64,000 bases of DNA from NCBI RefSeq assembly GCF_020745735.1, contig NC_083421.1, forward strand, positions 23,365,001 through 23,429,000. Direction: 5' to 3'. The position numbers and the translations under genes are program-made. This stretch comes from Hemiscyllium ocellatum (Eukaryota). The notes under the pieces are model-generated. The model saw only the letters and a list, made by a program, of their open reading frames with translations, searched no databases and had not been told where the DNA came from. Of this stretch, positions 16,976 to 28,213 are shown in pieces (position 1 is the stretch's first letter; each line of letters opens with the position of its first letter).

Positions 16976-17109
16976 ATCATTGGGATAACTGTGACACATG
17001 ATCCAAAAGTCAAAATGCCAAAAAGAGAACCAATTTTCACTGTCTGCTTACAACAAATATTATACTGCATACACAATCAGGCTTCTACATTTGTCAGTAC
17101 CTTTACTGC

Positions 17110-17400
17110 AGTATGCATGGCACACTGAAGATTGTCTTAATGAAACATTAAACTGAGGATCCACCTCCCTGTGCATGCAAACACAGCAAGATGCCTGGCA
17201 CTAATAAAGGAGGAGCGCAGAACCCTCAATAAACATCACTAAAAAATGATTAACTGTTCCTATTGGTTTTTGTGGAACCCAGTTAGGCCCAAATTCAAAT
17301 TAGCTGCTGGCCTGTACATACTTCAAAAATAATTCATGGATTGAAAAATACTTTGAGATATCTGAAGGAAATGAAAGGACAACAAAAATATAAACACTGC
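17110..17400 (+). mobile_element. Degraded DeuSINE/SacSINE-like element
   Basis: Similar by eye to 62030-62385 (..AAACATCACTAAAA..CTTCAAAAATAATTCATGG..). Confidence 0.5.
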
Positions 17401-17734
17401 TCAATCTACTTAAGCTTATGCACCCCACTTGCATGTCTTGTCATCTACTATCCAAGTTAACAATCAATATTAATTTTGATTCTAGCTCAGCCACTATGAA
17501 AATAAATTCTATGTCCTCACAATTGAGTGTTAAAGATGCTTCTTCTGATCTAATACTTGTACAGCCTGATGCCCAGGACCCCCTGAATCTCCACCGTCTA
17601 TGAAAGTCTCAACAGTAATCACAATGTGTGCTGTCCAACATTGAATAAAGAATTTTACCTGACCTAATAACATTTTAAGTTGGATCCTTATTAACTGTTG
17701 TGATGACTTTACATTGAAAGGCTGAGTCTAACAA

Positions 17735-17930
17735 AAAAAGACAGGCATTTGTTTAACATCCGAAACAACATCCAAACATTCCAAAATGCTTTTCAAAGAA
17801 GTGAAGCCATTCTGTAATGCAGAAACAGAAGCTAATTTCTGCACAGCAAGCTTCCACAAACACAAATGGGATAGATAACCAGAGATGTTGGTTCAGGGAT
17901 AAAATTAGAGCAGAACAATAAGGAGAGACT
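17735..17930 (-). mobile_element. Degraded DeuSINE/SacSINE-like element
   Basis: Deu-domain-like ..GCACAGCAAGCTTCCACAAAC..GATAACCAGAGATGTTGGTTCAGGGATAAA. Confidence 0.55.
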
Positions 17931-18059
17931 TCATCCCAATTCTACTGAAACATTGTATCATTGAACATTTCAAATGAATGATGCTGTTATTCACAATTGG
18001 TCCTCAGAAAGTGTTTAACAATTATCTGGGCTATTAAACAATTGTTCAACAGTTTCGGC

Positions 18060-20830
18060 AGTGCAGTCCTCTCTCAGCGCTGATCCTCCGATGGTGCAGC
18101 ACCACTGAGTACTGACCTGACGGCATAGCGTCCCCACCCCCTCCTCTAGCACCGATCCTCCGACAGCGCGGCGCTCCCTCAGAACTGACCCTCCGACAGT
18201 GCAGCACTCCCTCAGCACCGACCCTCCGACAGCGCAGCACTCCCTCAGCACCGACCCTCCGACAGCGCGAGACTCCCTCAGCACCGACCCTCCGACTGCG
18301 CAAGACTCCCTCAGCACTGACCCTCCGACAGTGCCGCACTCCCTCAGCACTGACCCTCCGACAGTGCCGCACTCCCTCAGCACTGACCCTCCGACAGTGC
18401 CGCACTCCCTCAGCACTGACCCTCCGACAGTACGCCACTCCCTCATCACCGACCCTCCCTCAGCACCGTCAGTGCGGCGCTCCCTCGGCACCGACCCTCC
18501 GACAGTGCCCACTCCCTCAGAACCGAACCTCCGACAGCGCACGCTCCCTCAGCATTGACCCACCAACAGTGCCGCACTCCCTCAGCACCGACTCTCCGAC
18601 AGTACGCCACTCCCTCAGCACCGACCCTCCGACAGCGCGGCACTCCCTCAGCACTGACCCTCCGACAATGCCGCACTCCCTCATCACCGACCCTCCGACA
18701 GCGCTGCGCTCCCTTGGCACCGACCCTCCGACAGTGCCCACTCCCTCAGAACTGACGCACCGACAGCGCACGCTCCCTCAGCACTGACCCTCCGACAGTA
18801 CGCCACTGCCTCAGCACCGACCATCCGACAGTACGCCACTCCCTCAGCGCGGCACTCCCTCAGCACTGACCCTCCGACAGCGCGGCGCTCCCTCAGCACC
18901 GACCCTCTGACAGCGCGGCGCTCCCTCAGCACCGACCCGCCGACAGCGCGGCGCTCCCTCGGCACCGACCCGCCGACAGCGCTGCGCTCCCTTGGCACCG
19001 ACCCTCCGACAGTGCCCACTCCCTTGGCACCGAACCTCCGACAGTGCCCACTCCCTCAGAACTGACGCACCGACAGCGCACGCTCCCTCAGCACTGACCC
19101 TCCGACAGTACGCCACTGCCTCAGCACCGACCCTCCGACAGTACGCCACTCCCTCAGCGCGGCACTCCCTCAGCACCGACCCTCCGACAGCGCGGCGCTC
19201 CCTCAGCACCGACCCTCTGACAGTGCGGGGCTCCCTCAGCACCGACCCGCCGACAGCGCGGGTCTCCATCAGCACCGACCCGCCGACAGCGCGGGGCTCC
19301 CTCAGCACCGACCCGCCGACAGTGCCGCGCTCCCTCAGCACTGGCGGCGCTCCCTCAGCACCGACCCGCCGACAGCGTGGCGCTCCCTCAGCACCGACCC
19401 TCCGACAGTGCGGCGCTCCCTCAGCACCGACCCTCCGACAGCGCGGCCCTCCCTCAGCACCGACCCTCCGACAGCGCGGCCCTCCCTCAGCACCGACCCT
19501 CCGACAGCGCGGCGCTCCCTCAGCACCGACCCTCCGACAGTGCCGCACTCCCTCACCACCGACCCTACCTCAGCACTGACCCTCCGACAGTGCGGCGCTC
19601 CCTCAGCACCGACCCTCCGACAGCGCGGCGCTCCCTCAGCACCGACCCTCCGACAGTGCCGCGCTCCCTCAGCACCGACCCGCCGACAGTGCCGCGCTCC
19701 CTCAGCACTGGCGGCGCTCCCTCAGCACCGACCCGCCGACAGCGTGGCGCTCCCTCAGCACCGACCCTCCGACAGCGCGGCGCTCCCTCAGCACCGACCC
19801 TCCGACAGTGCCGCGCTCCCTCAGCACCGACCCGCCGACAGTGCCGCGCTCCCTCAGCACTGGCGGCGCTCCCTCAGCACCGACCCGCCGACAGCGTGGC
19901 GCTCCCTCAGCACCGACCCTCCGACAGTGCGGCGCTCCCTCAGCACCGACCCTCCGACAGCGCGGCGCTCCCTCAGCACCGACCCTCCGACAGCGCGGCG
20001 CTCCCTCAGCACCGACCCTCCGACAGCGCGGCGCTCCCTCAGCACCGACCCTCCGACAGCGCGGCGCTCCCTCAGCACCGACCCTCCGACAGCGCGGCCC
20101 TCCCTCAGCACCGACCCTCCGACAGTGCGGCGCTCCCTCAGCACCGACCCTCCGACAGTGCCGCAATCCCTCACCACCGACCCTACCTCAGCACTGACCC
20201 TCCGACAGTGCGGCGCTCCCTCAGCACCGACCCTCCGACAGCGCGGCGCTCCCTCAGCACCGACCCTCCGACAGTGCCGCGCTCCCTCAGCACCGACCCG
20301 CCGACAGTGCCGCGCTCCCTCAGCACTGGCGGCGCTCCCTCAGCACCGACCCGCCGACAGCGTGGCGCTCCCTCAGCACCGACCCTCCGACAGTGCGGCG
20401 CTCCCTCAGCACCGACCCTCCGACAGTGCCGCACTCCCTCACCACCGACCCTACCTCAGCACTGACCCTCCGACAGTGCGGCGCTCCCTCAGCACCGACC
20501 CTCCGACAGCGCGGCGCTCCCTCAGCACCGACCCTCCGACAGCGCGGCCCTCCCTCAGCACCGACCCTCCGACAGTGCCGCACTCCCTCACCACCGACCC
20601 TACCTCAGCACTGACCCTCCGACAGTGCGGCGCTCCCTCAGCACTGACCCTCCGACAGTGCGGCGCTCCCTCAGCACCGACCCTCCGACAGCGCGGCGCT
20701 CCCTCAGCACCGACCCTCCGACAGCGCGGCCCTCCCTCAGCACCGACCCTCCGACAGTGCCGCACTCCCTCACCACCGACCCTACCTCAGCACTGACCCT
20801 CCGACAGTGCGGGCACTGACCCTCCCTCAG
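18060..20830. repeat. 33-bp GC-rich minisatellite, about 80-85 units
   Basis: Unit consensus CTCCCTCAGCACCGACCCTCCGACAGCGCGGCG (reads SLSTDPPTARR in one frame); degenerate at the left end, homogeneous to the right. Confidence 0.97.
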
Positions 20831-21150
20831 ATTGCCGGCTGCCAGGTGATTCCCGTTTTTTTTAACCGCCTCACCCACAGTCTAGCCCCGGGCACTAGCT
20901 GGAGTGAAGTGTCCACATGTCGCCGCCATGGCACTGAAGCAGCTCATTAGAATAACGGCTGCCCCGACTCTCCCCTCCTCGCGCGCACTCACCAGCCAGC
21001 ATGTCCGTCCACAGCATCCGGGAACCTTTCACCCCTCACCTCCTCCGGATCGTCTGATTGGACGGTTCCTATGGCATGTGATCGTTACACGCCCCACGTG
21101 TCATCTGCTCGCGCTTGGCGGTGAGTTCCAGAGTGCGGCGCCATCTGAAG
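20830..21150 (-). promoter_or_regulatory. Probable POLE3 CpG-island promoter and non-coding first exon
   Basis: Nearest non-repeat CpG-rich segment upstream of the POLE3 coding exons; minus-strand donors GTGAG at 20870-20874 and 20988-20992; CCAAT (minus) 21057-21061; E-box CACGTG 21095-21100; E2F-like TTGGCG near 21116. Confidence 0.65.
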
Positions 21151-21437
21151 GCAGTGGAGAAAATCCACGAGTGGTGCTCTTCAATCATCCCGGTCTTGTA
21201 GTAAGAAAAATGGTTCAAAAACCGCGTTCTTTTCCAACTTAACACCCCAATATTCACTTAAAACTAACACTGCCATGCTGGACTTATTCATATTGTCATG
21301 ACCACGGGGCAAGAACCCAAAGTTCTGTTAATGTTTTTAACTCATAATTCCAAAGTCGGTTCTTTTAAAAAAAAGTGTTATTGCCGTAAATAGCTGCAGA
21401 TGTAAATCACTTGGCTATCTGGAGAGAGAGAGAGAGA

Positions 21438-21620
21438 GGCACGGTGCCTCAGTGGTTAGCACTGCTGCTTTGCAGCACTAAGGACCCAGGTTCATTTCCA
21501 GCCTCCACAGACTGTGTGGAGTCTGCACATTCTCCCCGTGATTGCGTGGGTTTCTCTTCGGAGGGTCAGTGTGGACTTGTAGGGCCGAAGGGCCTGTTTC
21601 CACACGGTAATGTATCTAAT
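21438..21620 (+). mobile_element. HE1/V-SINE-like element, internally deleted
   Basis: tRNA-like head GGCACGGTG..CAGTGGTTAGCACTGCTGC and tail GGGCCGAAGGGCCTGTTTCCACAC. Confidence 0.8.
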
Positions 21621-21964
21621 CAGAGCCACGAAGGTCACACTTAAAAGATCGAAAGGAAACCTCAACGAATAATCTTTTACAGGTGGAACAGGCATGTTAA
21701 AAAGACTAAGTACCCATTTGTTCTAAGCTGCATTTGAATGTTGGTGCTTTGAAGGACAAAGTCATTGTCTAATCACCCCTGCATTGCAGGTAAAGGGAGC
21801 CTTGTAATCTAAGTGCTAATAACCAGCAGTTGGGTAACTAGAGAAAAGGTAGCAAAGGCAACAAAAGGACTGTCACTCTGAATGTTGTGATTCATTCATG
21901 AAAAAAGAATCAGAACTACATGATTTCAATCAACATGCAAATGTAAGACTTGAAAACTTCGGGA

Positions 21965-22214
21965 GGCACAGTGGCTCATTGGTTGGCACTGCTGCCTTGC
22001 AGCACCAGGATCCCAGATTAGATTTCAGCCTCAGGCGACGATCGGTGCGGGTTTCCTCCACAGTTCAAGGATATTCAGGTCAGGAGAATTGGCCATACTA
22101 AATTACCCATAGTGTTAGCTGCATTACTCAGAGGGAAATGAGTCTGGGTGGGTTATTCTTCAGAGAGTCGGTGTGGACTTGTTGGGCCGAAGGGCCTGTT
22201 TCCACACTATAATC
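21965..22214 (+). mobile_element. HE1/V-SINE-like element, internally deleted
   Basis: Same head and tail motifs. Confidence 0.8.
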
Positions 22215-22435
22215 TTAAAAAAAACTGTTCAACTACCAACATCAATGCCACCAATAAACTCCACTGTCACAACCATCAACTTTTTGGGAACAATTCAGAG
22301 GCTGATCTGTATACAGCAAATATTTTATTAACTGACACCTATGGGACCAGGAGTATGCTGGTTAATCAAATATTCCAGTTGATCAAGATGTCCACCTAAT
22401 CAATGTAAAAACACACGAAGTAATAAAAATGTAAT

Positions 22436-22742
22436 TACTTAGATTACTTACAGTGTGGAAACAGGCCCTTCGGCCCAACAAGTCCACACCGACCCGCCGA
22501 AGCGCAATCCACCCATACCCCTACATTTACCCCTTAACTAACACTACGGGCAATTTAGCATGACCAATTCACCTGACCCGCACATCTTTGGATTGTGGGA
22601 GGAAACCGGAGCACCCGGAGGAAACCCACGCAGACACGGGGAGAATGTACAAACTCCACACAGTCAGTCGCCTGAGGCAGGAATTGAACCCAGGTGTCTG
22701 GCGCTGTGAGGCAGCAGTGCTAACCACTGTGCCACCGTGCCG
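22436..22742 (-). mobile_element. HE1/V-SINE-like element, full length and little diverged
   Basis: A/B-box tRNA head, V-domain (..GTGGGTTTCCTCCGGGTGCTCCGGTTTCCTCCCAC..), LINE-derived tail. Confidence 0.9.
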
Positions 22743-23049
22743 TCTGAATGTTGGGTGTGTACACATCACTATTACACTGTATTTGCAACACTTAATGCAA
22801 CTTTGCCTTAAATAATACTTACTCGCAGAGAGTCTTCACTTGCACCATTGTCTGAGTATTCAGACATCCTGGGGATCGCAATAGTACAATTAACATCAGG
22901 AATTTAAGTATATAATTTTTGCCATTTTATCAAGTATGCTGGTTTGTAAGATGCTAGTTAAAACAAAATTTGCTTTATCTGCTTTCTAAAATTGTTATCT
23001 TTTAGATTGCACTTTGTTTCTAATCTGTATGCTGCGTTACTAATTATTC

Positions 23050-23232
23050 TTATAGAATCAGAGATGTACAGCATAGAACCAGACCCTTCTGTCCAACTCG
23101 TCCATGCTGACCAGATACTCTAAATTAATCTAGTCCCGTTTACCAGCACCTGGCCCTTATTCCTCTAAACCTTTTCTGTTCATGTAATCATCCAGATGCT
23201 TTTTAGATGTATTTATACCAGCCTCCACCACT
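23050..23232 (-). mobile_element. CR1 3' tail fragment
   Basis: Reverse complement of the tail at ~50055-50230. Confidence 0.8.
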
Positions 23233-23905
23233 GTATTATAATTATTAAATGCATTATTTGTTTGCACATTTAAATTTATTTCTTTAAAAACATAAGTTCA
23301 TTTGAGTCTGGGAGAAAGGCATCCACAAGAGAAAGGATTTGGTTTTGAATTAAACTTGTTGTGATCAACATGGGTTGCGTGAATAGGAAAAGGCAGTTCA
23401 TTTTACCTCCCTCCTCCCACTGCACCGAGGGGTTTAACAACTTGGACAAACTGTCTGGAACCATAACAAACTGGGGAATGTAGAGTTTAAACTTTTCCCT
23501 TGAAAGATGCCATTTCTGACATCAAAACTTGGAAGTGTATTCAAAACTGAAAGACAGAGTTTTAATTATTCTTATGTGTGATATCTTATGATTATGGTTA
23601 GATCTGGTGACATGATTTCCCAAGAAATGCACGTTTTGTTGATTTCCCCAATTTCTGGTATATTAGAATCCACAAAGAACTTGTCTGTTGCAGTACTTTA
23701 ATCTGAAGAGGAAGGGAGTTTTGTTCAAATTTACTGAAAACATCTTGTCATTTTTAAACTGATTTTATTTATCTTAAAATGTTCAAATTTCTGTTCCTCT
23801 GCACAGCAAACAATTTTTCTGGATTTTTGTTTTAAAATTGCCAATAGCAAGAAAGGGACTTTGCCCTGTCTTACCAATTACACATTAACAGGTATGTGGA
23901 AGCTA

Positions 23906-24244
23906 TAGAATAGAATCCCTACAGAGTGGAAACAGGCCATTCCGCCCAACATGTCAACACTGACCCTCCAAGGGTAGTTCACCCAAACCCATTCCCCCTA
24001 TCCTGTTACTCTACATTTATCCCTGAACAATGCACCTAAACTACACATTGCTGAACATTATGGGCAATTTAACATGGTAAATTCACTGAACCTCCACATC
24101 TTTGGAATGTGGAAGGAAACCCACGCAGACACAGGGAGAACATGCAAATTCCACACACACACACAGTCACCTGAGGGTGGAATCAAAACTGGGTCCCTGG
24201 CGCTGTGAAGCAGCAGTGCTAACCACTGAGCCACCATACCACCC
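23906..24244 (-). mobile_element. HE1/V-SINE-like element
   Basis: Head and tail motifs. Confidence 0.85.
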
Positions 24245-24245
24245 C

Positions 24246-24585
24246 TGATGGCCTAGTGGTATTATCACTGGGCCATAAATCCAGAGACCAAGATAATGTT
24301 CTGAGGATCTGGGTTCAAATCCTGCCACTGCAAAGGATGGAATTTGAATTCAATAAATATATGGAATTAAAAATATAATGGTGACCATGAATCCATTGTT
24401 GATTGTTGGGAAAAAACCCAACTGGTTCACTGATGTCCTCTAGGAAAGGAAACTGTCTGGTCTGACCTACATGTGATGTGGCTACATGGTTGACTCTTAA
24501 CAGCCCTCTGAGCAATTAGGGATGGGTAATAAATGCTGCCTAGCCAACAATGCCCTCATGCCGTGAATGAATAATGAAAAAAAAT
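24246..24585 (+). mobile_element. tRNA-derived SINE of a second family
   Basis: A box TGGCCTAGTGG, B box GGTTCAAATCC, tail ..GGGATGGGTAATAAATGCTG..GTGAATGAATAA; head-to-head with the HE1-like copy. Confidence 0.75.
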
Positions 24586-24940
24586 TACCAATGTTCCCTA
24601 ATACAAACTGCATACATTGACCGGCATCTCCAAAACCTGATATTTAATACCTCTACTGACCACTCTTCCACAAAGGCTTGGTCCTTCCACACTCTGTAAA
24701 GTTGCGCTCATCCAAATCATTGTTGCCTGTACATTAATGCACCAAAGTCTGCTAGTGCTATTTAGTACAGTTTACATAAGGTGAAGCTGGAATTTCTGCA
24801 GAAACCTCAATGAATATTGAGTCAGGATGAACATTAATTATGACAGTGACAAGTGCTTGAGATACCTGCATAGTCCACTGCATTGCTGTTCAAAACCATC
24901 ACATTAAGTACCAGTAAGTAAACTTAAAATAATATCCACG

Positions 24941-24946
24941 TTTATT
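24941..24946 (-). terminator. Candidate polyadenylation signal of the unknown gene
   Basis: AATAAA on the minus strand about 1 kb downstream of the stop at 25959. Confidence 0.45.
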
Positions 24947-25958
24947 TGTATTCCAATATTTTTACAAACAAAAGTAATTGTGTTACAGAGAACTGTGAAA
25001 TTATCATAACAGGGAAGCAAACATATTGAAATCATGTGTTCTGGGAAAGGCAATCTCTGTCTTGTCTCTTGGCAGTGATCTTAGTGTCACAGTGATCATT
25101 GACCTCTTAGTTGACCGTGACATATCTTAGCAAGCTGTTTGATTGTACCAAAAAGTAGTTCAAAAATTGGGTCATAGCCTCCTTCTCAACAGTAACTGCA
25201 ATAAGCAATTAATGCCAGGCATGCCAGTGATGCACACATCCTGAGAATTCACTTCATAATAATTTTTAAAAATGTAAAATTGTGACATGGTTGCACATAG
25301 CCTTTTTTGCTAAGCAGCTGAGATGCTGAGGGATCTGCAGTGAGAAACAGACTGAAGGTAGATCAATAAAGACAGATTATCACAAGATAATGTGCAGACA
25401 ATATAACATCAATGCAATGAAGAATCAGTAGAGACTGAGGAATAAAAAAGAGGAACCACAAAGAGAAAACATAAATACAAATGTAATATTAGATGATATT
25501 TGTTCTCACAATGATAACACAGCAATATAGGCACAGAAAATATTTAATCCCATAAGGAAAAGCAGTCATGCAAGCAAAGGGGAAACTAATTTGTAAACAG
25601 AATCTCTGATCATGATATAGACGTTACTATTATTTGAAGTATTTTTCTGGTCCAGAAGGGATGCTTTTCTGGAGTTGGAATCAAGGCACATGGCTCTGAC
25701 TACTTTCAATATCTGGGTGAAATGCTTCTGACTTATAAAAACCTGAATTGGACAATGGATAGCAAGAATATTTCGTTCTTCAGTGTTAATGTGGTCCACC
25801 TTGACCAACAAAGCAATTTGCCAGTAAGTTTACACCGTTCCGTATCATGACTATCACCAGCATCACAAAAGTCTTCATGTTTGATATCATGAAAAGAGAC
25901 AGCAAAAAAGTGAGAGAAGGAACAATTTTAACTGATAATTTTCCACACATCCCTGATG

Positions 25959-28213
25959 CTAAATCTCTGCACGTCTTAGATCCATCTCTGCAACATGTGA
26001 GGATAGGCCTTCACTGTGAGCTGCAGAATCTTGTTCAACTCTTGTGGTTATGTCAGTGCTGTTCTGACGGTCTTCAGACCTTTCGGAATTTCGGTGATCT
26101 AGGTTCAGAACATTATTTTCACTGGCAGTACTGAGATCTTTCTGTCCATTTCTTCCAGTAACTTGACTGATTTCATCACCAGACTGTATCTGTTCGGCAG
26201 TCAGAGATCCCATTTCTGTAATAGTACTGGGAGAACCCTGGTAACTTCTTTCAGCAACTGAAAGGTTGTTTTCAGAGAGTATCTGTCCCATTATTGATGA
26301 CCCCATTTCAGGTGTTCTGGGAATACCCTGGTAACTTCCTTCAGCAACTGAAAGACTGCTATTCAATAGTTTCTGTCCCACTACTGATGACCCCATTTCT
26401 GTGATAGTACTAGGAGTACCCTGGTAACTTCCTTCAGCAAACGAAAGACTGTTTTCAGACAGTATCTGTCCCACTATTGGTGGCCCCATTTCAGTGGTAG
26501 TACTGGGGGTACCCTGGTAACGTCCTTCAGCAACTGAATGGCTGTTTTCAAATAGTATTTGTCCCACTGTTGGTGACCCCATTTCAGTGGCAGTACTGGA
26601 AGTATTCTGATAACTTCTTTCAGTAATTGAAAGACTGCTTTCCAATAGTTTCAGTCCCATTATTGATGACCCCATTTCAGGTGTTCTGGGAATACCTTCG
26701 TAACTTCCTTCAGCAACTGAAAGACTGCTTTCAAGTAGTTTCAGTCCCATTATTGATAACCCCGTTTCAAATGTTCCGGGAATACCCTGGTGACTTCCTT
26801 CAGCAAATAAAAGACTCTTTTCAGATAGTATCTGTCCCACTGTTGGTGATCCCATTTCAGTGATAGTACTGGGAGTATCTTGGTAACTTCCTTCAGCAAC
26901 TAAATGGCTGGTATCAGATGGTATCTGTTCAATTGTTGGCGACCTCATATCTGTGGTAGTACTGGGAGTATCTTGGTAACTTGCCTCAGTGACTAAATGG
27001 CTTGTATCAGATGGTATCTGTTCAACTATTGGTGAGCCCATTTCAGTGGTAGTACTGGAAATATCTTGGTAACGTCCTTCAGCAGCTGAACGGCTGGTAT
27101 CAGATAGTATCAGTCCCACTGTTGATGACCCCATTTCACTGATAGTACTGGGAGTTTCCTGGTAACTTCCTTCAGCAACTAAATGGCTAGTATCAGATAG
27201 TATCAGTCCCCCTGTTGATAACCCCATTACACTGATAGTACTGGGAGTTTCCTGGTAACTTCCTTCAGCAACTAAATGGCTGGTATCAGGTAGTATCAGT
27301 CCCACTGTTGGTAACCCCATTTCACTGATAGTACTGGGAGTTTCCTGGTAACTTCCTTCAGCAACTAAATGGCTGGTATCAGATAGTATCAGTCCCACTG
27401 TTGGTAACCCCATTTCACTGATAGTACTGGGAGTTTCCTGGTAACTTCCTTCAGCAACTAAATGGCTGGTATCAGATAGTATCAGTCCCACTGTTGATGA
27501 CCCCATTTCACTGATTGTACTGGGAGTTTCCTGGTAACTTCCTTCAGCAACTAAATGGCTGGTATCAGATAGTATCAGTCCCACTATTGATGACCCCATT
27601 TCACTGATAGTACTGGGAGTTTCCTGGTAACTTCCTTCAGCAACTAAATGGCTGGTATCAGATAGTATCAGTCCCACTGTTGATGACCCCATTTCACTGA
27701 TAGTACTGGGAGTTTCCTGGTAACTTCCTTCAGCAACTAAATGGCTGGTATCAGATAGTATCAGTCCCACTGTTGATGACCCCATTTCACTGATAGTACT
27801 GGGAGTTTCCTGGTAACTTCCTTCAGCAACTAAATGGCTGGTATCAGATAGTATCAGTCCCACTATTGATGACCCCATTTCAGTGGTAGTACTAGGAGTA
27901 CCCTGGTAACTTTCTTCAACTAAATGGCTGGTATCAGATAGTATCTGTCCCACTGTTGGTGATCCCATATCAGTGGTAATACTGGGGAAATCCAGGGAGT
28001 TCCTCTCAGCAACTGAAAGACTGGTTTCAGAGGGTTTGTTTTCCTTAGTCGGAGACTCCATTTCAGTGGTCGTACTGGAGACAACCTGGTGATTCCTCTC
28101 AGCAACTGAAAGACTGGTTTCAGAGCCTTTTTGTTCCACAATCGGAGACCCCATTTCAGTGGTGCTATACAGAGATTGCTCATCAATCTGCTTTGCAATT
28201 TGCACTTCATCTC
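25959..28213 (-). CDS. Unknown gene, terminal exon (750 codons plus stop; tandem 93-bp repeats)
   Basis: Acceptor cccag|GA GAT GAA GTG CAA is in frame with the 748-aa ORF; phase 1 matches the upstream exon. Confidence 0.85.

Noticed and set aside
18060-20830. CRISPR-like appearance of the ~33-bp repeats
   Set aside because: Head-to-tail tandem units without unique spacers, no cas genes, vertebrate context.
18015-20878. Many long overlapping ORFs (up to 462 aa) on both strands
   Set aside because: Artefact of a GC-rich 33-bp unit (multiple of 3, few stops); open in several frames at once and apparently intronic to POLE3.
21438-24330. tRNA genes suggested by A/B boxes
   Set aside because: They are tRNA-derived SINE heads continuing into SINE bodies; no complete cloverleaf seen.
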